From an uncultured Chitinophagales bacterium (lineage in GTDB: Bacteria; Bacteroidota; Ignavibacteria; UBA10030; UBA6906), in assembly GCA_964550275.1 (NCBI GenBank), contig CAZJYO010000002.1, forward strand, positions 1 to 37,186: a stretch of DNA of 37,186 nt, given 5' to 3'. Made by a program: the position numbers and the translations under genes. Of this stretch, positions 15,604-24,903 are shown piece after piece. Below the pieces are notes generated by a model that saw only the letters and a list, made by a program, of their open reading frames with translations, had not been told where the DNA came from and made no database searches. Every line of letters begins with the position of its first letter. Position 1 is the first letter of the stretch.

Positions 15604-17805
15604 CTACTTTGTTTCCATCACGAAAACGCCGTTCCAATCAGAGGGAGGCGGCTCCTGCTCATACTGCGCGGAACGCTGGATATACAACTGCGCTACCCGA
15701 TCGTACGGGTGCATCGTTCTGATTTCTTCGAACATTCTACGGGCAAGCTCCCACTCTCTCTTCCGATACAGACCAAGTGCTTGATGGAATTGTTCTATTC
15801 TTTTCTCGTGGACAGGGATATCCATCTCTCTGCGGTCATACATCAGTTCGTACACACGCAAGACCTCTGATCGTCCCTTCACGGCAACAAGATCAATTTC
15901 TCTTGCGAGAATTCTGTCCTTCACAAGTTCGTGTGTTCGTTCGCTGACGAGTATTCCCGTCCCGTACATTTTGTTTGCTCCCTCAAGGCGCGATGCAAGG
16001 TTCACGCTGTCGCCTATGACTGTGTAATCAAACTTGCCGACAGCTCCGAGGTTTCCCACAACCATTTCGCCGGAGTTGATGCCGATTCTCACATTCAGGG
16101 TAATGTTGCGGCGCGCATGCCATTCAGCGCGCAGCTCCTGCACGGCCCGTTGCATATGAAGCGCCGCAAGACATGCGCGCAACGCGTGGTCGTTCTGAGG
16201 AATCGGCGCGCCCCAAAACGCCATAATGGCGTCGCCTTCATACTTGTCCAGCGTCCCGTGATGCTGGAAAACAATTTCCGTCATGGTGCTGAGATATTCA
16301 TTGAGAAGCCCGACCAATTCCTCCGGCGGCATGCCCTCTGAAAAAGTGGTAAATCCCTCAATGTCGCTGAACAATGCCGTAAGTTCCTTGCGCTCACCCC
16401 CCAGCTTTAGTTTTTCCGGATGACTGATGAGTTCATCCACAACGGAAGGATGGACATACGTGCTGAACATGGTCTTGATCAGCATACGCTGTTTGCGTTC
16501 GACGACGAAGTGATAGGCCGTGCTCGCACCATATCCGGCGACGATTGCCATTGCCGGCGCGACAACGCTCACCAGGTAGCTGTATTTATTGAACATGACG
16601 AGAGCGAGATAACCGATGATGAACACTTCGGCCGTTGCAAAAAGAAAGCCGTTCAACTCCACCATCACGTGATGTTTCGTGGTTGAACTCTTGAATGCAG
16701 AAGTCACCAGAAACGTGAGAATAGTGAGGAAGATGATTGCCGCTATTTCGGTTGTGGTGGATTGCTTGGTGATAAATTGGTCGCGCAGCACGCTTTCGAT
16801 GAGATTCGCGTGGATTTCCACGCCGTACATGAGGTTATCGCCTTCCTGCTGGCCGCGCGCAAAGGCCACCGGGAAGAGATCATGGTCTTCGGGGACCGTC
16901 GAGCCGATAAGCACAATTTTTCCGGCAAACGTGCTGTCATGAAGCAGTCCGAAGTCGGGATCGCTGAAGGTGTTGATTTCTTCCCCGGTTTCCGCCTCCT
17001 CGTTGGTGATGCACTGTTCATCATCGATTACGTCAACGAACTTAATGCGACGAAATGTTCTGTCCGGTCCGAAGAAGTTGATAGGCATGGATGCAGGATC
17101 ATACTTGGGAATCTCGCGGTCTGCAAAGATGAATTCACCTGAGGAGTTCTCGGCCGTGGTCAGCGCCGGAAACCCGAAGTATTTATTGAGAATGGCGAAA
17201 CCAAACGTTGGGACTCTCAGTCCGGTGTTCGTGCCGAAGAACGGACTGTAACGCCGGTACACACCGTCCGCATCGTTGCGGATGTTGACCAGGCCAATCG
17301 CACTATCGACATCAAAAAAGATATTGCCGAAATTTTCCGTGGAGGTTGTGTGCATGTACAGATCGTGCAGGACCTCTGTTTTCCCGGCGAGGACGGCAAT
17401 GCCTGTTTCGCGGATGGCCGCGCGCAAGGAGTCATCGTTCGCGTGCGCATACACGTCGTTGCCGCCAAGAATCAGATCGAGCCCGACGACGCGCGCGCCG
17501 GCCGCGTGCAAGTTGCGAACCGCATGCGCGTAATATGAGCGCGGCCACGGCCACTTTGCCGGAAGCGATTTGAAGGATTCTTCGGAGATCTCCACGATGA
17601 TGACACTGGCGGAATCCTTGAAGGCAGGATCGGTGCCCCGGGACGCGAAGCGATAGTCAATGGATGCAAGCTCCATCCGTTGGACGATGCCGAGCTTGAG
17701 AATACTCTCTTGCGTCAGAAGAATGACGAGAAGGGAAACACCAAGCGCGAGGGCGACCTTTATTTTCCAGCCGTGTGTTATGCGTCCCGGCCAAGCTGTT
17801 GCCAT
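15604..17805 (-). CDS. CHASE2 sensor domain-containing class III adenylate/guanylate cyclase
   Basis: N-terminal TM helix, CHASE2 (IIVEISEESF...WPWPRSYYAHAVRNLHAAGARVVGLDLIL) and three TM helices. The cyclase core is TALFSDIEGFT...LDKYEGDAIMAFWGAP...RIGINSGEMVVGNLG. The C-terminal tail is TPR-like. Confidence 0.9.
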   Translation of the reverse strand: MATAWPGRITHGWKIKVALALGVSLLVILLTQESILKLGIVQRMELASIDYRFASRGTDPAFKDSASVIIVEISEESFKSLPAKWPWPRSYYAHAVRNLHAAGARVVGLDLILGGNDVYAHANDDSLRAAIRETGIAVLAGKTEVLHDLYMHTTSTENFGNIFFDVDSAIGLVNIRNDADGVYRRYSPFFGTNTGLRVPTFGFAILNKYFGFPALTTAENSSGEFIFADREIPKYDPASMPINFFGPDRTFRRIKFVDVIDDEQCITNEEAETGEEINTFSDPDFGLLHDSTFAGKIVLIGSTVPEDHDLFPVAFARGQQEGDNLMYGVEIHANLIESVLRDQFITKQSTTTEIAAIIFLTILTFLVTSAFKSSTTKHHVMVELNGFLFATAEVFIIGYLALVMFNKYSYLVSVVAPAMAIVAGYGASTAYHFVVERKQRMLIKTMFSTYVHPSVVDELISHPEKLKLGGERKELTALFSDIEGFTTFSEGMPPEELVGLLNEYLSTMTEIVFQHHGTLDKYEGDAIMAFWGAPIPQNDHALRACLAALHMQRAVQELRAEWHARRNITLNVRIGINSGEMVVGNLGAVGKFDYTVIGDSVNLASRLEGANKMYGTGILVSERTHELVKDRILAREIDLVAVKGRSEVLRVYELMYDRREMDIPVHEKRIEQFHQALGLYRKREWELARRMFEEIRTMHPYDRVAQLYIQRSAQYEQEPPPSDWNGVFVMETK

Positions 17806-17817
17806 TGTGGGATCCGC

Positions 17818-20220
17818 CTAGATTCCGTAACGGAGCCGGGTGCTCCAGATAACGTCCGATGAACCGCCGTCCACCCGGTAGTAGCTGAAGTCGAAGAGGA
17901 TGGTAACAGCCTGCATGACCATCCATTCGGTTCCAAACATGATGAGGAGCCGGTCGAAATCGCCGAACGTGGGCGCAAGGGAACCTGAAACAGCAATGAG
18001 GTCAGGCACAATGCCGTACCGTCCGTAAAAGGATAATGTCGTGTAGTCGAATGTGTAGGGAATCTCGTTCAGGTTGAGACTGAAATCGAGTCGAGTTTGC
18101 AGCGGGAAGTCAAACTGTGTTGCAACACCGATCCCGAACGTGTTGTTCTTGATATCAATTTCCCGTACGGAACGATCATCGCGCACGGACGCCGAGTAGC
18201 TTGCATTCACCAGATGGTTCGCCCCATACCTGAATCCATAGGAGGTTTGCAGGAACAGTTTGTTCGTTCTCTCATCAACAACGATGGGATCGGAAAGAGG
18301 AAGATCGTTGTCGTTGGCAAAATATGAGTACCCCGCGGTGAATCCCGGGAACGTCCCGCGCGGATAATAGCTGATGGAAGTGTTGATCGTCGAATACGTG
18401 GTCGTTGCCTGTTTGGTCGCGCTCGTGTTATCGTTCAGCCGTTCATATCCCAGCGTCAGGAACACCTGGTTGTCCACCAGCCGGAGGCGGTCAACAATGT
18501 TGAATCCCTTGATATCCCTTCGCAGGAAGGTCTGTCCGAAAGAATTATATTCAGCCCCGCGGTAGAGATACGTTGCGCGGAACGAGTTTTCTGTCGCATC
18601 CACGGCCACCCCGGTTTCGTAAGCAATGGTCGCCAGTTTCTTCAGTGAAAGCGGACGCAGATTGTCGTTGACAGTGATAAAACCATCCAGAATATCCCGC
18701 GTTCTTTTTATCTCATCGGCGTCATTGGGATACACCGAGTCGATGTATGCGTCCGTGAATGTTCCGCTGGAAATATCCGAGTTGAACGCGCTGAACGCTC
18801 CCTGGCCGAAAAGCTCGACGGTGTTCATAATTCTTGCCGAGAAGTCCGTTCCCAAAACGATATTCTCCTGCGGGCGCACGCCATATTGGATTGAACTCAT
18901 TTCGTCACCCGAGGAAAGCCACGTCAATCCCCAATGCCATTTGCCGGGGTTGCCGACACTCGGACGGATGGCGAAGAGTTTTCTTTCAAATGTTCCATAG
19001 TTGTACTTTCCCCATGTGGTGGCGTCGATGGGTGCATACGCGGCATTCGGATCGCGCTGTTGTTCAATGGCAAGAGTGTCCACGCCGATGACTTCGACGA
19101 GATCACCTTCGACTCCGCGTGCGGTTTGTCCCAAGGTCATGTCAAGGTTGAACGCGCCAAGCATCAAAGTTGAATGGGCACCCCTGACGCGTTTGCCGCT
19201 CAGGACAAGATTGGGAAAAATCGGAAACCCGTCGCCGAACGCCGCCTTCAGCCAGGAGGACTCCACGCCGATATAGTATCTGTTTTGCGGCTGGACATTC
19301 GGGGATTCATCCGACGTAATAAAGAGGTTTGAACGAAGAAGCCAATCTCCCTGATCGGCTTCCACCGCGACTCCGCCGCGGTTATACCACGTTCCCAAGC
19401 CGCCGATACGCTCGAAGCGCGATTCGAGCTGAACGCTCGCGTTTGTGCGCCATGCATCGGCGCCGAGTTGGTCGTTGAACTCCGCAGCGGTTGTGGAAAA
19501 TACGAGACTTGCGCTTCCCGCGTCTTTTCCCTCGTTGTTGAACAGCAGAACCGTAACGACATGCTGGCCCGGTGAGAGCTGGATCGAGAGGTTCGCGGGC
19601 ACACAGGTAATGACGTCCTCGCTGAACACCGCGCCATTGGTGATATCCGTCCCATCCAGAAGGATTCGCGTCGCCCTGAGATTGATGCTTGAGTCAACAC
19701 GCAACAATGAAATCGAGACGACCAGTTCATCTTCAGGGACACTGCTGTATGGGTCGGGACTTAAAAAAAGAACGGATGATTCCGGCGGAGAGTCGGAACC
19801 AATTGCCGTCTGCAGTGTTTTTTGCGGCGGATTCCTGAAAGGGTCGGTTCCCTGGTCAAGCGGATACGCTTCCAGCGAACCGCCGCGCGTTTCCAGGACA
19901 AGGTAGTACTCTACGAAAGGCGGCCTGACAACCGGCGGAGGAATAACTCCGCGGGCGGTATTGCCGCGTAAATCCATTTCCGTGCGCGTGTACTCACTTT
20001 CGTCGAATGGCCGGTACAACAACGTAACAGCGTCGTAGCTTTCCCCGTTGAGCAATGTTGCTGTGATCAGAATTGGCGAGCCGGCGGGAGCCGTTGCCGG
20101 TGCATCGACGATAATGTTTGAAGGAACCTGGGCGTTGAGATTATAGAAAGCCGGGTCCGTGAAAAAAAGAATGGTGCCGGCGAACAGGCACGCGCGCGCT
20201 ATGCGGAAGGGGAGTGTCAT
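17818..20220 (-). CDS. Large exported protein, predicted outer-membrane beta-barrel with an N-terminal Ig-like region (unassigned family)
   Basis: 800 aa with a signal peptide (…FFTDPAFYNLNAQ). The C-terminal two-thirds have alternating-hydrophobic, G/Y/N/D/S-rich composition typical of barrels. It ends 12 nt before the cyclase start. Confidence 0.6.
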   Translation of the reverse strand: MTLPFRIARACLFAGTILFFTDPAFYNLNAQVPSNIIVDAPATAPAGSPILITATLLNGESYDAVTLLYRPFDESEYTRTEMDLRGNTARGVIPPPVVRPPFVEYYLVLETRGGSLEAYPLDQGTDPFRNPPQKTLQTAIGSDSPPESSVLFLSPDPYSSVPEDELVVSISLLRVDSSINLRATRILLDGTDITNGAVFSEDVITCVPANLSIQLSPGQHVVTVLLFNNEGKDAGSASLVFSTTAAEFNDQLGADAWRTNASVQLESRFERIGGLGTWYNRGGVAVEADQGDWLLRSNLFITSDESPNVQPQNRYYIGVESSWLKAAFGDGFPIFPNLVLSGKRVRGAHSTLMLGAFNLDMTLGQTARGVEGDLVEVIGVDTLAIEQQRDPNAAYAPIDATTWGKYNYGTFERKLFAIRPSVGNPGKWHWGLTWLSSGDEMSSIQYGVRPQENIVLGTDFSARIMNTVELFGQGAFSAFNSDISSGTFTDAYIDSVYPNDADEIKRTRDILDGFITVNDNLRPLSLKKLATIAYETGVAVDATENSFRATYLYRGAEYNSFGQTFLRRDIKGFNIVDRLRLVDNQVFLTLGYERLNDNTSATKQATTTYSTINTSISYYPRGTFPGFTAGYSYFANDNDLPLSDPIVVDERTNKLFLQTSYGFRYGANHLVNASYSASVRDDRSVREIDIKNNTFGIGVATQFDFPLQTRLDFSLNLNEIPYTFDYTTLSFYGRYGIVPDLIAVSGSLAPTFGDFDRLLIMFGTEWMVMQAVTILFDFSYYRVDGGSSDVIWSTRLRYGI

Positions 20221-20246
20221 GTCAGGGGATCATGAATTCGTCACAT

Positions 20247-20282
20247 ACACAAAGGCCCCGTAGAAACCTGATCCACAGGGCC
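20247..20282 (-). terminator. Possible weak intrinsic terminator/attenuator between the FecR-domain gene and the barrel gene
   Basis: On the minus strand, ggccctgt-N13-acggggcc forms an 8-bp stem including one G-U pair, followed by tttgtgt. Confidence 0.3.
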
Positions 20283-20334
20283 AACTGCGTCAGCACAGTG
20301 GTGCATGTGCATTCATTCGCATGGGTTCATTGTC

Positions 20335-21042
20335 TTACTTGTAATCGATTCTCAGTTCTTTTCTATTCCCCCGTCCGTCCCGAAATTCAAATTCCAGTTT
20401 GTTGTCCTGCTCCGATTTCCGCGCGCTTTGCATCGCTTCCGCCCGCTCTTCTTCTGTCGAAGGCCTGCTTTCGATTGTTCCATCCGGCCGCGAAATTGCC
20501 GTAAAGCCGGCGCGCACTTCAACAGATTGCGATGAGCGCTGATTGGTGAACTCCACGATCCCCTCGGTGACGATAAGCGTGTCGGAGTCCTCGTGCGCAG
20601 TGAACTTTCCACCGGTCCCCCGAATGGACGCAACTGATGTCGGCGACGTAAACCGGAATTCCTCATCCTGTTTCTGCTTCTGGATGTTGAACCCGACAGC
20701 CCCCTTCTGGACATTCACCGACTTGGAAAACGCGCTGTTCTTGCTTTCACCGGTGACCGTCAACTCGGATTGTTCGCGGACACGGACGAGACTGTTGTCC
20801 TTGAATTTTACCACTGCCACCGACTTGGAACCAGTCTTGACCCTGTCGCCCGATGAAAGGGTTTCGCCGCGCTCGGCCTTTGTCCAATCCCGGTCAACCT
20901 CTTTGTGCTGGACGTCCAGAATCACCTTGCTGACGACAGCCACCGCGGGCCCGGGCGGCACGGCGAAGGTCGTGGTTGCAAACGCCAAAAGCAAAAGAAT
21001 AAGCATCGTCGATTTCATAGGCATGCTCGCTTTCCGGATCAT
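20335..21042 (-). CDS. FecR domain-containing exported protein
   Basis: Signal peptide, then ETLSSGDRVKTGSKSVAVVKFKDNSLVRVREQSELTV (FecR-type beta-sandwich signature). The start overlaps the upstream stop as ATGA. Confidence 0.75.
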   Translation of the reverse strand: MIRKASMPMKSTMLILLLLAFATTTFAVPPGPAVAVVSKVILDVQHKEVDRDWTKAERGETLSSGDRVKTGSKSVAVVKFKDNSLVRVREQSELTVTGESKNSAFSKSVNVQKGAVGFNIQKQKQDEEFRFTSPTSVASIRGTGGKFTAHEDSDTLIVTEGIVEFTNQRSSQSVEVRAGFTAISRPDGTIESRPSTEEERAEAMQSARKSEQDNKLEFEFRDGRGNRKELRIDYK

Positions 21043-22133
21043 TCAAGAACAACAGATGAAATGGTACCGGGGATATCGCGCAACTGCTGAAGGATCGTAA
21101 TTGCCTCGGCGCGGGAAATCGTGGAGCCGTTTAACTGAATAGCGGACGACGTAACCTGGCTGGTACGCAGTTCGTCAATCAAGTGTTTGTAGTCCGGGCC
21201 AAGAACGCGCTCAAGTTCATCCAGAAACTCGTTTGTGGTCTGGGTGTCATCACCGCTGCCGCTACGCACAAGGGTGAACGAACGAATCTCACTCCGGAAC
21301 GGGCGCTGGATACCGCCGGCTTCCACCGGCAACCCTTCAACATACCACACGTAGGTCTGGTTCGACTCAAGGAGCCGCGACCCTGTGCCGGGATATTGAT
21401 AGAGCTGTTCCCGGGTTACAGCTGTGAAATAGGGTACGCCGGACGCCGCTTCCTCGTTGCTTGTTTGCCCGGGCAACCGTTGGAAAATCGAAAGACGCCA
21501 TTCGGGCGCGTCGCCTCTCCATTGAAACACCGGAAACTCGGTCACCAGAGATTCACCGGTGTTGGGAAAAAGAAGATCAATGGAAGAGGGATTCGTCAAT
21601 TCGAGCTGGAACTCGTGGCGCGTAGGTTCACGACCGTCATCGGGGCGCACTTCAAGCGAGAAACGATACATACCTGCCGGCAACAAACCGCTTGGCAAGG
21701 CAATCTCTTCAAGCCGCCGCTTGTGGGCCTCGTTGACAACGTAGTTCCGAGCGAATGCCGGATCTTTCAAATCAAAATTTGTAATGGTGCGCTGTCCGGG
21801 GATGGAAAACGGAGCTGTCTGCAACCCCACGATGCCGGGGAGCTCCTCGCCGGTGGCCAGGGAGATATCAATGCGCATCAGCATGATAGCGTTAACAATG
21901 CTCTGTCCCTCGGTGCTCATGGTGATCGTGAAGATCCACTTGGGGGTTGTCGAGTGGACAAAATCTACGTCGTTTACCGAGTGCGTTTGCGCTGGAGTGG
22001 TTGCCGATTGAACCTGGACAGGAAGCTGGGCTGAGGCCGGAAGCGTTAGCCCGAAGAAAAGCGCGCACAGAAGGGGAAGACGCCAGGAATGGCCGATTGG
22101 CACACAAGTTCTCATCACATCACCTTTCATCAT
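21039..22133 (-). CDS. Exported hypothetical protein (no recognisable family)
   Basis: 364 aa with signal peptide ...LCALFFGLTLPASAQ. Contains an FPVFQW...YVWYV pattern resembling Ig/Fn3-like modules. The exact start is uncertain because there are several N-terminal Met codons. Confidence 0.6.
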   Translation of the reverse strand: MMKGDVMRTCVPIGHSWRLPLLCALFFGLTLPASAQLPVQVQSATTPAQTHSVNDVDFVHSTTPKWIFTITMSTEGQSIVNAIMLMRIDISLATGEELPGIVGLQTAPFSIPGQRTITNFDLKDPAFARNYVVNEAHKRRLEEIALPSGLLPAGMYRFSLEVRPDDGREPTRHEFQLELTNPSSIDLLFPNTGESLVTEFPVFQWRGDAPEWRLSIFQRLPGQTSNEEAASGVPYFTAVTREQLYQYPGTGSRLLESNQTYVWYVEGLPVEAGGIQRPFRSEIRSFTLVRSGSGDDTQTTNEFLDELERVLGPDYKHLIDELRTSQVTSSAIQLNGSTISRAEAITILQQLRDIPGTISSVVLE

Positions 22134-22236
22134 TCCGTGAAAACGATACCAAAACGAACCCTCTGTTGCAAACCTCCGCTAAATATGCCTCACAGTGTGT
22201 GCCGCAAGGGGTTCGGAATGAAAAAGGGGGAAAATG

Positions 22237-23553
22237 CTAGAAATTCACAATGTCATTATAGACGACAAAGACCATGAACGCTATAAGGAGGGCAAAACCT
22301 ACCTTCTGCAGTCCCATTTTTACCTTTACCGGAATTTCCCTTCGGAAGATCCCTTCGTAGACAAGAAACAGGAGGTGGCCGCCGTCGAGAGCAGGGAACG
22401 GGAGGATATTCAACATTGCAAGACTGATACTGAGGAGTGCCATGAAACCAAGATAAGTGATGATGCCAAGTTCGGCGGTTTGTGTTGCCATTTGCGCGAT
22501 CTTAATCGGTCCGCCGACGGATTGCGCGAAGGCAACCCTGCCGGTGATGAGTTGTTTCATTTGATCAACAAACAAACCGATGGCTCCGGCGATGTCGCGG
22601 ACGCCTTTCGGAAATGCCTCCCACAGGGAGTATTGAATTTGGGTTACCGGTCCGTTGTAACGCGGACCGAACGCGATACCAATTCTGCCGTCCTCTGTCG
22701 GCGTCGTTGTTCCGCTCATGGTTGTGTCGTTGCGTCGCCACTCAACAAGCAATGGTTTTCCCGCGCTCGACTTGACAATTTCGCGAAGCTTGAGGTCAAA
22801 CTTCACCTGCATTCCGTTCAGGGAAAGAATGACGTCGTTGGGCTTGAGTCCGAGTTGGTCCGCCGGCTTGCCCGGCTCCACCGTGCTGACGACGATCTCC
22901 GTGTTAACGGGGATGATGCCGAATGCTGTTTCGGTCGGTTCCGGAATGGATGTTCTGGGTATATGGATCGACGTATCGCGTTCACCGCGCTGAACAACAA
23001 ACTGCAAATCATCGCCGAGGTGATCGACGTACACAAGAGTAAGGATATGATCCCAGTGAAGTGCCGGTGAACCATTGATGCTTTGAACGCGATCGCCTGC
23101 CGCCAATCCCCCCAGCGCGGCCGGACTTCCTTCGGCCACGTAACCAATTTCCGTTGTCTCGCGAATGGTTGTGCCCTGAACGTAATTGATACCCCAGAAG
23201 ATGCCGATGGCAAGAAGGATGTTCATAATAACACCAGCCGAGATAACGATCATGCGTTGCCAGATTGGCTTCGATCTGAACTCCCACGGCTCCGGCGGCT
23301 TTGCAAGGTATTCTGTGTCAAAACTCTCGTCAATCATTCCAGCGATCTTGACGTATCCTCCGATGGGAATCCAGGAGATGCAATAGTCCGTTTCGCCGAT
23401 TTGCTTGCCGAATGCACGCGGAGGGAACCCGATGGAAAACCGGTCCACGCGCATACGAAACATCTTTGCCGCAAGGAAGTGGCCAAGCTCGTGGACGAAC
23501 ACCAGGACGCCAAGCGTGACGATGAAATAGAATATCGTTTCCAGAATTTGCAT
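22237..23553 (-). CDS. rseP: RIP (site-2) zinc metalloprotease RseP
   Basis: HELGHFLAAKMF (HExxH), PDZ region, and a C-terminal ILNILPFPALDGGHL motif. Confidence 0.95.
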   Translation of the reverse strand: MQILETIFYFIVTLGVLVFVHELGHFLAAKMFRMRVDRFSIGFPPRAFGKQIGETDYCISWIPIGGYVKIAGMIDESFDTEYLAKPPEPWEFRSKPIWQRMIVISAGVIMNILLAIGIFWGINYVQGTTIRETTEIGYVAEGSPAALGGLAAGDRVQSINGSPALHWDHILTLVYVDHLGDDLQFVVQRGERDTSIHIPRTSIPEPTETAFGIIPVNTEIVVSTVEPGKPADQLGLKPNDVILSLNGMQVKFDLKLREIVKSSAGKPLLVEWRRNDTTMSGTTTPTEDGRIGIAFGPRYNGPVTQIQYSLWEAFPKGVRDIAGAIGLFVDQMKQLITGRVAFAQSVGGPIKIAQMATQTAELGIITYLGFMALLSISLAMLNILPFPALDGGHLLFLVYEGIFRREIPVKVKMGLQKVGFALLIAFMVFVVYNDIVNF

Positions 23554-23561
23554 GAGTGAAA

Positions 23562-24767
23562 TCAGGATAAGTGCGTGGATGCGAGTTGATGCCCGACTCG
23601 TGCCCGCGTATCACGATCGACGCGGATAATGTCTTCGAGGGTCGGGGAAGAAATTGATGAATGCGTCAACAGTGCTTCTTCAATAAATGCCGGTATTGCC
23701 GTGAAAGGAGTTTTCCCGTCGAGGAACATCTGCACGGCGATTTCATTTGCCGCGTTGAGTACCACGGGGGCAGTCCCGCCCGTATTCAACGCCATGTACG
23801 CGAGCGGGAGACAGCGGAATCGGTCCAAGTCCGGCGGATGAAAGGTCAATTCACTCGAAGCAGAAAAATCCATTCTTCTCACTGACGAAGCAGGCCGATC
23901 GGGATACAACAAGGCATATTGAATAGGAAGCCGCATATCAGGAATTCCCATCTGTGCCTTGATGGAACCATCTTCAAATTCCACCATTGAATGAATGATC
24001 GATTGCGGATGAATGACAACATCAATCCCCGCCGGCGGAAGATCAAAAAGCCAGTGTGCTTCCATGACCTCGAGCCCCTTGTTCATCATCGTCGCCGAGT
24101 CAATAGTGATTTTGTTTCCCATGTTCCACGTCGGATGATTCAGCGCCTGGGCAACCGTTACCGTCTCGAGGTGTTCCTGTTGCAGATTGAGAAACGGCCC
24201 CCCCGAGGCGGTGAGGATAATCCGCCGGATGGCAGAGGCGTCCTCTCCGCGCAAGCATTGCAGAATTGCACTGTGTTCGCTGTCGATGGGAAGAAGTGAA
24301 ACGCCGTGCTTTTTCGCTGTACGCGTAACAAGCTCTCCGGCGACAACAAGTGTTTCCTTGTTCGCCAGGGCGATATCTTTTCCGGCTTCCATTGCGGCAA
24401 TGGTCGGTCTGAGCCCGGCGAACCCAACGAGCGCGTTCAGTACAACGTCAACATCTTTTCTTTGGACGATTTCCACCAATCCTTCAACGCCAACGAGGAC
24501 TTCCACGCTTCCGTTGATCATGGGGCGGAGAAGAGACGCGCTTGCGGCATCGGCGACAACAACGCCACAGGGCTCGAACCGTTGTATCTGTTCACACAGC
24601 AAGGGAATGTTCTTGTGGGCGGTAAGGTACGTAACCCGCAGTCTTTCCGGGAAAGCTGCAATCACGTCCAAACTGCTTCTGCCAATAGAGCCGGTGGAGC
24701 CAAGTAGAGCTATGTTGCGAGTGGAGATCAGAGGTCCTTGAGTCGGGTTGTGGGTTGAAAAACGCAC
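23562..24767 (-). CDS. dxr: 1-deoxy-D-xylulose 5-phosphate reductoisomerase
   Basis: IALLGSTGSIGRSSLDV, LANKETLV and NAANEIAV. The ORF extends to ATG 24845, but GTG 24767 gives a normal-length N-terminus. The start is uncertain. Confidence 0.93.
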   Translation of the reverse strand: MRFSTHNPTQGPLISTRNIALLGSTGSIGRSSLDVIAAFPERLRVTYLTAHKNIPLLCEQIQRFEPCGVVVADAASASLLRPMINGSVEVLVGVEGLVEIVQRKDVDVVLNALVGFAGLRPTIAAMEAGKDIALANKETLVVAGELVTRTAKKHGVSLLPIDSEHSAILQCLRGEDASAIRRIILTASGGPFLNLQQEHLETVTVAQALNHPTWNMGNKITIDSATMMNKGLEVMEAHWLFDLPPAGIDVVIHPQSIIHSMVEFEDGSIKAQMGIPDMRLPIQYALLYPDRPASSVRRMDFSASSELTFHPPDLDRFRCLPLAYMALNTGGTAPVVLNAANEIAVQMFLDGKTPFTAIPAFIEEALLTHSSISSPTLEDIIRVDRDTRARVGHQLASTHLS

Positions 24768-24823
24768 GTATGGTTGTATCAAGGTATGGAAACACGCTAT
24801 CCTTCGCAAGGACGAAGCCGCGG

Positions 24824-24852
24824 TTGAACCCCGCACGTATTTCATTTATATT
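24824..24852 (+). promoter_or_regulatory. Sigma70-like promoter TTGAAC-17-TATATT for the TPR gene
   Basis: -35 at 24824-24829, 17-nt spacer, -10 at 24847-24852, about 50 nt upstream of the ATG at 24904. Confidence 0.5.
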
Positions 24853-24875
24853 TTGTTCAAGAGAATTGTGAACAA
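24853..24875. promoter_or_regulatory. Inverted repeat TTGTTCA-N9-TGAACAA (candidate operator) directly after the -10 element
   Basis: 7-bp perfect arms at 24853-24859 and 24869-24875 in the dxr/TPR divergent region. Confidence 0.4.
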
Positions 24876-24903
24876 ACAAAGGGTAACCAACGTTATACTC
24901 ATC

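Noticed and set aside
21183-23070. Plus-strand ORFs of 283 aa and 278 aa opposite the exported protein and rseP
   Set aside because: They are shadow ORFs within well-supported minus-strand genes. They are Arg/Gly-rich and have no recognisable motifs.
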